Assembly (NCBI GenBank): GCA_964016885.1
Contig: CAXHJY010001300.1
Span: 1 to 64,000, forward strand
Direction: 5' to 3'
Length of the DNA: 64,000 nucleotides
From: Eledone cirrhosa
Lineage: Eukaryota
Shown: one piece after another, positions 26,267 through 37,779 of the stretch
How the letters are laid out: every line of letters begins with the position of its first letter
Position numbering within the stretch: the first letter of the stretch is position 1
Notes under the pieces: model-generated
Database searches by the model: none
What the model was told of the DNA's origin: nothing
The model's input: the letters and a program-made list of their open reading frames with translations, nothing else
Position numbers and translations under genes: made by a program

Positions 26267-28100
26267 GAAGGGTTGTGGAGGCAGTGTCCTAAAGCACGCC
26301 TTCCAGCGGGTTCTGTCGGAGTCCAACCAAACTCATAGTTATTAGCCAATCATTTTGCTCGGGGTCTACGGAGGAACCCCATTTCGATCGCTTGTATTCA
26401 CCATCGTATTCTTTTGGTCATTACCCAAGATTCATGACCATAGGTAAAGGTCGCACGTATACCGAATTGAAAATAGCGAGTTTGGTTTTTACACATACCT
26501 CCCTTCTTTTGATGACAGAATGCTGAAGGCAGTGCATTACTGTACCAGCTCCTGCAATTATTACACTTAATTCAGCCCTATGCCTCCCACTTGTCGCGAA
26601 TAAAGTCCCGAGATACTTGAACTTCTCCACCTGCTTCAGTGGAACCTTACTCACAACTAAAGTGTACTGCACAGGTTTCTTTGAGAAGACGAATGTCTTA
26701 GTCTTCGCAGCACTGATTTTCATTCCTCCCATGTAGCACCCGGCAGCAAAATTATCAAGTGCATGTCGGAGATCGCCTTCTGGCAAGTTAAGTAATACCA
26801 TAGATGTCCGCAAATTCCAGCCGACTGATAATACATTCTCCAATCGTGATACCACTTCCAGCCCGGCTGCTCATTTAAACCCTGCTCAGGGTATAAACAG
26901 AAGAGGTGACAGTCCGACTCCCACATTGAATGGTTGCAATTTAGCACTATTTATTCGAACACAAATACTAGGGCATTCTTATAGAGGCATCAGGGCAGCC
27001 AGAAGATGTCCATAGATCCCATATTCGCGCAGAAACCTCCACAACAAGTCCCCTGGAACGCCGTCATATGTCTTTTCTAGGTATTCGAACAAGTATATAC
27101 CACTTGGCAATACTCACACGATTTCTCAAAGAAATGCGTTAGCTAGTTTGTACTCGACAATATCCATACATTTCTTTGCCTTACACATAGCATAGACTTT
27201 ACCACGGAGGCTTAACAAGCAGATCCTTCGATAGTTGGAATAATCTCTTTTGTCTCCCTTTTTGAAAATTATGATTATCATTCTCGATTACCTTTGCTTA
27301 GGCACCTTTTGTCACACACGTGTCAGCCAAAGAGTATCTTCTCTATTTGAGGACTTCTTATTGCGAAGTTGGTTGATGGTCTGTCAGAATACTTTATTTG
27401 CTGATCTGAAGTCGGTTTCCAGTTTAACTTTGGACACCTTTACTGTCTCTGCTGTGACTTTTTGCGCCTGCTTATACCACACGTGCAAGGAGGACTTATT
27501 TTCAAGCCAGGCTTTGTAAGCCTCCTTCTTTAACTTCTTGTTTGAACTAAGGGATCCTTCTGCCACTCCTCACCACGCCAAGTCGATTTCGCCCGCAGAA
27601 TTTAGCAACTAAAGCAGAAACTGCCTAACTGAACAATCTTCACTCTGTTTCAGCATCTTCAATTTGCTCAGTAAGTTCTTTGAATTTGAATATCTATATG
27701 ACTCAGTCTTAACTACATCTAACGCTGTAGTGACTTCATCAAAGAAGGATCTGTATTCAGATTCTGTTTGGCACATAAACTTGCACCACCCACGGAGACT
27801 TTGCTTTCAGCCTAAACTTCGATAGACAAATCTTCCCTCCCAATAGGATCCAGTCCATAACACATTCTAACATCTGAGTACTTGTAGGTATTTCCACTCC
27901 TGCCTATGCAGTCATTTTTGACACCACACTTGAATAGTGGATTTTCCATCCTCCATCCAAATCTACAGTACCAGAGCCAGGGAACCTTGTTGAGGAAACC
28001 CCGATTATATCTAGCCGGTAGCATCTAACCTCCTCAACTAGTTCCTGCTACTTACCTATAAGGGTTGTAAGGTTACAGATACCAATTGTCAGTTTGCTCC
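26199..28100 (-). mobile_element. Decayed RTE LINE with (GAA)n tail
   Basis: GMKISAAKTK, LKQVEKFKYLG and RT remnants, with (CTT)n at 26199-26264. Same family as 8880-9855 and 37780-40440. Confidence 0.85.
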
Positions 28101-28611
28101 CTTCCGCACCCTTGTATCTTATTAACATTTATACCCTACCATTATGTTAAACTCTCTTGGAAAATTCATATTTGTTACTTCCCTTTTTGACTACTAATGT
28201 TCAATGAACACTAACTTTTAATTCGCACACATACACACACACACACATCCACACACACACGTGCACACACGTACACACACGTACACATACACACACATAC
28301 TCACAGACACACACACACACACACATATTCAAAAACTTTTCCTTTTGCTCTCCTATTCATCATATAATTGTAACGCCACCTACATTATATTCCTACTCTT
28401 ATTTTTGATGTAGGCTGTACAGAGATAATTTAGTCAAAGAAATTTCTTAAGACACTAAACATTTATTCTAATTATAGATATATTTAATTACTGTTTTATG
28501 CTTCCATAATTTCTAACGTTCTTTGATATATTCTGAAAGTTTTATACCTTCATTTGCGAAGTCATAATAGACTTAATAATTCCCATTAGTGTTAATCTAT
28601 TTTAGTGTATA

Positions 28612-28804
28612 CTAGCAGAATGGCCCGGCGTTGCTCGGAATTTGCTCTAGGGTTCTTATATATTTGATATATATTTATCCTTATCGAGCCTCGTGAAATA
28701 AATACATTTGTTTATATTTTGTTATTGTGTATGCCAAAATATCTGTACACGAATATATAATCATATATATATATATATATATATATAAAGAAAAAAACCC
28801 TCAC

Positions 28805-28842
<38 letters not shown>

Positions 28843-28974
28843 CAGATTAAAGTTTAAGCAAAGAATCGCTGCTTTCACCCCTAACGGGATCTTCTGAAAC
28901 TAAAAAAAATCAATCTGTGACCGCAGAAGTAAATATTTCGTAAAACGTTACACACTATATATATATATATACAC

Positions 28975-29021
<47 letters not shown>

Positions 29022-29458
29022 ACACACACCCACACCCACACACACACTCACACACGCACACACACATATAGCGACATCATAATGTCGTAATGCAGACAGT
29101 CAGACATACAGACACATATTATAAGGCGGTGGATTGGCTGTATCGGTAGAGGGTCGGACGCCATGCTTTCCAGCATAGTTACGTCCCTTTACAATCTGAG
29201 TTCAAATCCCGCCGAGGTTGACTTTGCCTTTTATCCTTACGGGGTCGATAACATAAAGTACCAGTAATGTACTGGGTAATTGCTGGCCTTGTGCCTAAAG
29301 TAGAAACAATTATAAGGGCGCAACGTTATTTTTTTCTCAAAACACTCACAGGACCATAAGTATTACATGTGTAAAGTTTGAAAACAATCAGTTGGGTGGT
29401 TCTTGAGTTTTAGAGAGTCAGACAGACAGACATACATTCTCTGTTTTAGATACATAGA
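28612..29458 (-). mobile_element. Non-autonomous Helitron containing a PLE terminus, (CA)n and a SINE
   Basis: Minus strand 5' A|TCTATGTATCTAAAAC at 29458; 3' hairpin CCGAGCAACGCCGG plus CTAG|T at 28612. Confidence 0.7.
29124..29312 (+). mobile_element. Full-length tRNA-derived SINE
   Basis: Box A/B, conserved core and 3' ACAATTAT, flanked by an ATTATAAGG duplication. Confidence 0.9.
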
Positions 29459-29942
29459 TTATACTTTTTAACGATATATTATAGTTAGTGAAATAACTAT
29501 AGTTACTGAGCATAGATATGCTTTTATTTGTAAATTTCAAATGACCATCTTAGGCTGCCATAATTTTAACGTTTTTCTTATATTTAAACGCTATTATTTA
29601 CAATTTCACTTATTTCTCCTATGGGTGTATCAAATCTATCGTAAGTGAAATCAATTAGCAAAAATATAATTAGTCAAGAGTAGGAAATATTTTGCGAATA
29701 ATCTAGAGATAAGCCCTCCAATTTTAACCCTCTACTTTCTAAACTAGATCTGTCAACAATTAAAACAAATCAAACACTGAACAATATTTATAAAAAAAGT
29801 GACTAGGCAGGCTTCGAACAGGACATATACCATTGAACTACATTTCACCACGAACAGGTCGTAGAGAATCACCTCTATGTTCTTGTGGTGACTTCCCAGA
29901 AACTCTTTGGCACTATTTATTCAAATGTTGAAACTACCAGAC

Positions 29943-30023
<81 letters not shown>

Positions 30024-30037
30024 GAGAAAGAGAGAGA

Positions 30038-30199
30038 GATGTAATGATCGAACCTGACTCTGAAATCGCAAGGTCCTCAGATACGTCTCGATTCTACGAA
30101 GCAGAGTTTTTTTTGGGGGGGGGGGGGGAACTCTGCTTCGTAGAATCGAGACGTATCTGAGGACCTTGCGATTTCAGAGTCAGGTTCGATCATTACATC
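30038..30199. repeat. Perfect 71-bp inverted repeat with a T/G-run spacer
   Basis: 30038-30108 is the reverse complement of 30129-30199. Confidence 0.95.
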
Positions 30200-30243
30200 G
30201 ATCGTGCCTCGAGCTGGTCGCCAGAGAAACGATTGTAATATGT
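30151..30243 (+). ncRNA. Type I hammerhead ribozyme with extended helix II
   Basis: ACGUAU-CUGAGGA-C[CUUGCGAUU...GGUCGCCAG]A-GAAA-C-GAUU-GUA|AUAUGU, with a 6-bp helix I. Confidence 0.8.
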
Positions 30244-30451
30244 CTAATACATTTTTTTCGTCGCACCACTGATTCTCCGTTTCTTATGTGATATCATACT
30301 CTACTCTGTAAGAGCATCGAGTGCTTATATATATATAATTGGTGTGGGATGCTTAAAGCGTCCGTAAGCGTTAGGCCGTTTGAGCACTCGATGCTCTTAC
30401 AGAGCAGAGTATGATATCAGAAACTCTTTGCTTAAACTTTAATCTGTACTA

Positions 30452-30525
<74 letters not shown>

Positions 30526-30541
30526 ACTTTAATCTGTATTA

Positions 30542-30590
<49 letters not shown>

Positions 30591-30647
30591 AGGGTAAACA
30601 TTGATGCAATTCAATTCAAGCACTCAACGTACTTTTTCCACATAGGA

Positions 30648-30702
<55 letters not shown>

Positions 30703-31165
30703 TAGTACAGATTAAAGTTTAAGCAAAGAGTTTCTGCTTTCATCCAGTTACGGGATTTTCTGAAACTGAGAAAAATCAATCGGATTTTGGTCTTCGTAAT
30801 TATTATTACTATATATATATATTGATTTATATGCGTGTCTGTGTTTGTCCGTATTTACGTTAGCTTTTTGTTTACTTAGAAAGTTTTATAACTGGTGAAT
30901 CGACACAGGAGATCGATAAATGAAGTACAAGACATGGCAAAAACATACTGGGGACGATATAATATGGAATCCCAGTTTGACCGCAATCTAATGACTGATA
31001 AAAGAAAATATATGTATATATCTAATTAGACACACACACACATATTTATATACATGAGACGATGGTTAAAAAGCCATTAACGACCAGAGCCAAATAAGCG
31101 AACAAGCTAAACGGGTCAAACAAATTAAGATATGATTGAAATATATATATATATACATATATATA

Positions 31166-32044
31166 CAGGGTGTTCGGGATTAATTTGACAGTTTCATCAG
31201 GAAAAAGAAAAAGTGCTTGGTATCTACAAAATTTATTTGGTTTAAAAGAAATTCAATGGAGAAGGAAATTACACTATTGTCAAAGAGTTTTACTCAAAAT
31301 AACCGCCATTAGCGTCTATTACAGCCTCAATCCGGGCCCGGAACCTAGAGCAAGCTGATTTTACACTTTCCCTGGGAAGGCCCTCAAAAACTACTTTAAT
31401 TCTGTCGATTAACTGGGCTTTTGTAGTACTGGCACGGCGATTGGTGTCTTTCTCTACAGCGCCCCATACATAATAGTCCATCGGGTTAAGATCAGGGGAG
31501 TTCGGAGGCCAAACATTGGGACTGGTGTAGTCGTAAAACTTGGCTGACAACCATTTTTGACTTTTCCCCGAGGTGTGGCAGGGGGCCGAATCCAGCTGCC
31601 ATACATACGGCCTATTATTGGCTACCCTTGTTATCCAGGGCTTCAATTCACGCGACAAAGACCGAATTCCGATGCCAGGGTCCTCCAACACTTTTTTCTG
31701 CAGATTTTCGAGGAATTCTGCTGTGCGAGAGCAATCAGATCTTCTGTTATGTTTCTTTCTTCTAGCCACAGTCTCGTAGTCTCCATTGCAATTCTCCAGT
31801 TCATGCCGGATTGTTTTTACAGTGTTCAGGGAGCATTGAGCAGCGACCATAATCTCCTTATTTTGATGGCCGGCGCGAATCATCATGATACAGGTGACTC
31901 CCAGCCATCCATTCTCGTTGTCATCACATATATGAATGAAGGAGGGTTTAAACTTTCAAATAAAGCCTAGTGGGCATGAATGAATTTAAAACATCTGAAA
32001 AAACAACCAAATATTATTCTGTCAAATTTATCCCGAACACCCTG
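31166..32044 (-). mobile_element. Internally deleted Tc1/mariner element, DD37D (maT) family
   Basis: About 26-bp TIRs CAGGGTGTTCGGGAT(T/A)AATTTGACAG, with TA on both sides. Confidence 0.93.
31290..31886 (-). pseudogene. maT/DD37D transposase with an in-frame internal deletion
   Basis: The HTH N-terminus is fused to QLDSAPCH...WPPNSPDLNPMDY. There are 37 residues between the last two catalytic D, and the region of the first D is missing. Confidence 0.88.
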
Positions 32045-32250
32045 TATATATATATAGAGAAAAGGTGAAGTTGGAAATAGCACGGAAAATATATTTTAGG
32101 GTTTGTTTTTCTTTTTTTTTCTGTTCTTTTTTCTCTCCTTTCTTTGATTCGTCAAAGTGACAGTATTGAAAAGAAGACATTATTGAAAAAAAATGAGAGG
32201 GACAATTCTTTTAAAAAAAAGATTTTATAATGTATATAAAGTATATAAAG

Positions 32251-32326
<76 letters not shown>

Positions 32327-32328
32327 AC

Positions 32329-32369
<41 letters not shown>

Positions 32370-32373
<4 letters not shown>

Positions 32374-32582
32374 GTTTTATTAAGTCTAATTAGTAAGTCT
32401 TGTTCCTCTGGAGATTCGTATGTTTATCACAGGGTCATCAGACCTATATGTATCTTATCAAATGTTGAGTATTACAATTAAAAAGAATAAAAAACTAAAA
32501 ATTAAAGATTTAAAATTAAGTGTTGGAGTAAGTTTTTTTTCCCATCTTCCTTGCTCAGAAGACTTAATTAGACTTAATAAAA

Positions 32583-32650
<68 letters not shown>

Positions 32651-32671
32651 TTTTATTAAGTCTAATTAAGT

Positions 32672-32711
<40 letters not shown>

Positions 32712-33015
32712 TTTTATTAAGTCTAATTAAGTCTTCTGAGCAAGGAAGATGGGAAAAAAAACTTACTCCAACACTTAATTTTAAATATCAAGTAAGTATG
32801 TTATGAAACAGTGAGCAGGTTTGAAATTAGAAAATAGAATAGCTTTCACCCTGATAATGGGGTTTAGAACCCTCAGATAAATGGAAAAAGATGAGTATTG
32901 ACGTACATGTACGTCAATACTCATCTTTTTCCATTTATCTGAGGGTTCTAAACCCCATTATCAGGCTAAAATTCCTTTAGTCAAAAATACGGTGAAAGCT
33001 ATTCTATTTTCTAAT
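32370..33015. repeat. Cluster of inverted repeats and palindromes between (TA)n runs
   Basis: 32508-32588 is inverted relative to 32706-32786. There is a perfect 116-bp palindrome at 32850-32965, with outer arms at 32826-32850 and 32991-33015. Confidence 0.9.
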
Positions 33016-33027
33016 ATATATATATTA

Positions 33028-34696
33028 GAGAAATGAAAAATGGTAAGGCGGCCGGACCATCGGGAATAGTTGCTGAGATGCTGAAGGCATCAGGGGACGT
33101 AGGCACTAAACTGGTTGCACGCATCATCAATCAGGCTATATATGGTCGTGTCATACCCAAAGACTGGTGCAGCAGTATTCTCATAAACTGCTACAAAGGT
33201 AAAGGGGATGCTTTGGAGAGGAGCAATTATAGGGGTATAAAACTGATAGATCATGTTATGAAAGTGGCAGAAAGGATTTTAGCACAACTAATTAGAGAAA
33301 GGGTCAAACTAGATGAGATGCAGTTTGGTTTTGTGCCTGGGAAGAGTACAACAGATGCCCTCTTCTTGGTGAGACAAATGCAAGAGAGGTTTTTAGAGAA
33401 GAATAAGCCACTATACTTAGCCTTTGTTGACCTAGAGAAAGCCTTTGATAGGGTACCCCGATCTGTCATCTGGTGGTCCCTAAGGAAGCTAGGTGTTGAG
33501 GAATGGCTTGTGAGGACAGTGCAAACTTTGTACAGAGGTACTCTCAGTAAAGTCAGGGTAGGAATGGAGTTTAGTGAGGAATTCCAGATACAAGTAGGAG
33601 TACATCAGGGTTCGGTCCTCAGCCCGCTCTTGTTCATTATAGTCCTCCAAGCCATAACAGAGGAGTTTAAGACTGGCTGTCCATGGGAACTTCTCTATGC
33701 TGACGATCTGGTTCTTATAGCAGAATCAGTAGAGGAGCTAGAGAATAAATTCTGGCTATGGAAACAGCAGTTGGAAGCAAGAGGACTGAGAGTGAATCTA
33801 GCTAAGACAAAAGTGTTGATGAGTAGAAAAGAGGACAAAACCCTGATTCCGTCAGGGAAATGGCCATGTTCGATATGCAGAAAAGGAACTGGCATAAATT
33901 CTATAAAATGCACACACTGCAGATCCTGGGTACACAAGAGATGTAGCGGGATAGCAGGCAAACTAACAGGTAGGGAGAAATATGTATGCAGTAGTTGTAC
34001 AGGGAAATTAGACAGTAGAAGTCGCACTGATAGACACATTTTTCAAATGCAAGAGGGCGCTATAGAAGTGGTGGATAGCTTCCGGTACCTAGGAGATCAG
34101 ATTAGCATGGGAGGAGGGTGTTCCGAGGCCATAGTAACTAGAATAAGGACGGGTTGGAAGAAGTTTAGGGAGCTGCTTCCTCTGTTGACGAAGAAGGGTT
34201 TCTCCCTGCGTACGAAAGGCCGGTTGTATGATGCCTGTGTGAGGAGCGCGATGCTGCATGGTAGTGAGACATGGGCAGCAACTGCAGAGGATATTCGACG
34301 GCTGGAGAGAAATGAGGCAAGCATGCTCCGTTGGATGTGCAGTGTAAATGTGCGTGAACGACCCAGCATAAATGTGTTGAGAGAGAAACTGTGTCTGAGA
34401 GGGATAGAATGTAGTGTACGGGAGAGGAGACTGAGTTGGTATGGACATGTGATGCGCATGGAGGATGACTGATGGGTGAAGAAGTGCCAGGAAATGCCAG
34501 TTGAAGGAAGACGTGGTAGAGGTAGACCACGAAAAACATGGGCGGAGGTGGTGAGAACAGACCTCAGATCATTGAAGCTCACGGTGGAGATGACGAGGGA
34601 CCGTGACGAGTGGAGAGATGCTGTGCTGAATAAGACCCGTCCCACCCTTGCAAGCAGGGAAAAGCGGACGTAAAATGATGATGATGATGATGATGA

Positions 34697-34700
<4 letters not shown>
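33028..34700 (+). mobile_element. Young 5'-truncated RTE LINE with (GAT)n tail
   Basis: Long open RT frame with a single in-frame stop at 34470-34472. The C-terminal [12 protein letters not shown] is followed by TAA-AATGATGATG... Confidence 0.95.
33033..34472 (+). CDS. RTE reverse transcriptase (partial) with an internal PHD-like Cys/His finger
   Basis: [45 protein letters not shown] and FRYLG. A C4-H-C3 insertion lies at 33867-33998. Confidence 0.9.
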   Translation: MKNGKAAGPSGIVAEMLKASGDVGTKLVARIINQAIYGRVIPKDWCSSILINCYKGKGDALERSNYRGIKLIDHVMKVAERILAQLIRERVKLDEMQFGFVPGKSTTDALFLVRQMQERFLEKNKPLYLAFVDLEKAFDRVPRSVIWWSLRKLGVEEWLVRTVQTLYRGTLSKVRVGMEFSEEFQIQVGVHQGSVLSPLLFIIVLQAITEEFKTGCPWELLYADDLVLIAESVEELENKFWLWKQQLEARGLRVNLAKTKVLMSRKEDKTLIPSGKWPCSICRKGTGINSIKCTHCRSWVHKRCSGIAGKLTGREKYVCSSCTGKLDSRSRTDRHIFQMQEGAIEVVDSFRYLGDQISMGGGCSEAIVTRIRTGWKKFRELLPLLTKKGFSLRTKGRLYDACVRSAMLHGSETWAATAEDIRRLERNEASMLRWMCSVNVRERPSINVLREKLCLRGIECSVRERRLSWYGHVMRMEDD

Positions 34701-34772
<72 letters not shown>

Positions 34773-34774
34773 AC

Positions 34775-34846
<72 letters not shown>

Positions 34847-34855
34847 CATGTATAC

Positions 34856-34906
<51 letters not shown>

Positions 34907-34977
34907 GTTTTATTAAGTCTAATTAGTAAGTGTTGTTCCTCTGGAGATTCGTATGTTTATCACAGGGTCATCAGACC

Positions 34978-35009
<32 letters not shown>

Positions 35010-35153
35010 TGTATGTATGTATGTATGTATGTATGTATGTATGTATGTATGTATGTATGTATGTATGTATGTATGTATGTATGTATGTATCTAAAACGTA
35101 AACCGAGATAACAAAGCAAACGACACACGACATTGATATATACATACATATAC

Positions 35154-35212
<59 letters not shown>

Positions 35213-35219
35213 CACATAC

Positions 35220-35277
<58 letters not shown>

Positions 35278-35380
35278 GTATATATATATGTATATATATG
35301 TATATATATATATATATGTATATATATATGTATATATATGTATATATATATATGTATATATATATGTATATATATGTATA

Positions 35381-35416
<36 letters not shown>

Positions 35417-35625
35417 TGTATGTATGTATGTATGTATGTATGTATGTATGTGTATATCTATATCTATCTATATATATATATGAACTCACACACATGTATA
35501 TATATACACACACACACATATATATGCTACAAACGCATACATACATGATAAATAGATATACAAAAGGTATACATCTGTTTTTGTATGTGTATACTTGTGT
35601 GTCGGTGTGTACGTGCGTGCGTGTT

Positions 35626-35660
<35 letters not shown>
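34700..35660. repeat. (TA)n, (TATG)n and (TG)n compound microsatellites
   Basis: Direct reading. Confidence 0.95.
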
Positions 35661-35662
<2 letters not shown>

Positions 35663-37269
35663 TCCTTTGTGGATGAAATAAGTAATGTATGGTGTATGGA
35701 AGTTGAGGTGTGAGACATTACATTTTAGGTAAATATAAAAAAAATGACTTTACCTGTCTGACGAATCTGTTGATCTGCTTTGGAGTGTTTAGGTAGGTAA
35801 GATGATGATGAAGCATGGATTGGCTACCTATCGGTATGATAGTGGAGGCCTCTGTACACTTTGTTTGTTTGTATGTGCATGTGTGTATGTCTCTCTGTAT
35901 GTGTGTGGGATTGTATTGGTGTATGTGTGTGTATATGTGTGTATTCAAGTTTATACGAAGCTCTATAACTGTTTGTTCCTTAATAAATGACTGTAAACAA
36001 ACAGTACTTTCAACGATGGGAGAATTTTCCGTCACGTAATGTAAGTCTTCATCCAGCATTCATTCTTCTGATTTGTGAATCAGTTTTCTGTTTCATAGAT
36101 ACACATATAAATAATAACAATACATATTCATATGCACATTTATAAATATACAGGAACATATGCATATATGTGTGTGTATTGTGTGTGTGCTCGCGCGTGT
36201 GTTTGTGTGTGTGTGCTCTCGCGTATGAATCTATGGATATCAATTTATATTTATTATATGAACTAGTCTGTGCCGCTTAAATCAATCGGCCATAATTTCT
36301 TTTTAAGTATACATAAACATTTAATTTTCGACTGCCTTGTTGATTGCAGTTACTTTATAAATACTAGATGTTTGAGTTAACTTGTGGGTGTTGACAGTAT
36401 AGAAATAGATAAAAATAAATATATAAATATACAAAGTAAAAACGAAACAAACTAATAGAATGAAATCAAACTATACAGAGATTAAAAATTAAAAATAAAA
36501 GAACGAAAGAAGAATATATGAATGAATGAGATGAATAACTCTGAAAGACTAAATGTAAACAAGAATGAAAACTCCCTCGCTTTCACTTTAATGATTCTTA
36601 AAAATATCTTTTGTAGAACGTCACGCATTTTAGTTTTTCGGAGGCGGAGCAAAGTTTGTGTGAAGGAGGTTAGTTAATTTTAAAATATGTTGTTAGTCCA
36701 GTATGGTGTATATAGCTAAATAATAACTACATATTTTTTTAAGAAATTGGTTTTCTTTTTTCTTTTTCGAATTCTCATATATTATTCTCGTACAGCTTCA
36801 GATTTATAAGGAAATAGAACGGGATGTTTTAACATCTTTACATTCTCTCAGGGCATTAACTGTCACAGGATGGTTGCATTGTTAAGAATATCATTTCATA
36901 ACAACGTGATTCCGGGATGACCTGGGGCTGCAGTTTAGTGGAGGGCTGGAAAGGTACAGAATCCGAGGTGTTTATAGTTCAGTATCAAGTCCCCACTATC
37001 AAGATGTTTTAGGGTGCCATGCAGTGCCGGATTTCGGACAAATGAAGCCCTGTGCTAGTTAAGTTATGAGTCCCCAAACATTTGAAAAATTAATCGCAAA
37101 ATGTTTTTTGACAGGAAGATGGGCCCTCCCCTGGTCAACGGGGCCATGTGCTGAAGCATACCTAAGCACAATGGTAAATCCGGCATTGGTGCCATGTGAT
37201 AAGCAGATGCTGAATCTCTGTGTTTTCTTAGAGTCACACTCAACGTAGTAGTCTAACAAGAAATATTGG

Positions 37270-37432
37270 GCAACATCATACTCCCGTCAATTAACAGGCT
37301 ATTTGGTGATGCAGAATTTTACTTCTTGCAGGATTTAACACTTGCCCCAGTGCCAAAACAACAACTCGGTTTGTTGATCATCACCTCAATGTGCATTCTT
37401 AGCCAGGTAACACACCTGACCTGAACTCAACT
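37270..37432 (+). pseudogene. Tc1 transposase fragment
   Basis: LFGDAEFYFLQDL...PGNTPDLN remnants. Confidence 0.55.
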
Positions 37433-37779
37433 AGGACCTGGTCAGGTCTCTTCCCATCTTCTTTACTGAAGGTAAGGAACCATCAATGCTCATCTATATG
37501 CTGCATGTCCATGATTCTCATCTGGTAAAAGGTGACATCGGTGGGTCTCAAATCGTCGTCCGATATTGGCTACAGAGTCGAAAAGTTTGAAAAGTTGTCA
37601 CCAAGGTGACTAAGGAGTACCATCTACTCCAGCTTTGAAATCAGAGTGTTCTTTCTCATAGAAAAACTGCCAGCTAAGGCTAATGAGCTCTATCTACTCG
37701 TTTTCTTTTACACTATTTGATGGACGTTGTTAAGGTTGCTTCCTTCCGAACCCTCTTTGGGGTCTCTGGATACTCAATC

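Noticed and set aside
29124-29215. tRNA-like box A/box B sequences
   Set aside because: They are SINE heads with no cloverleaf, so they are not tRNA genes.
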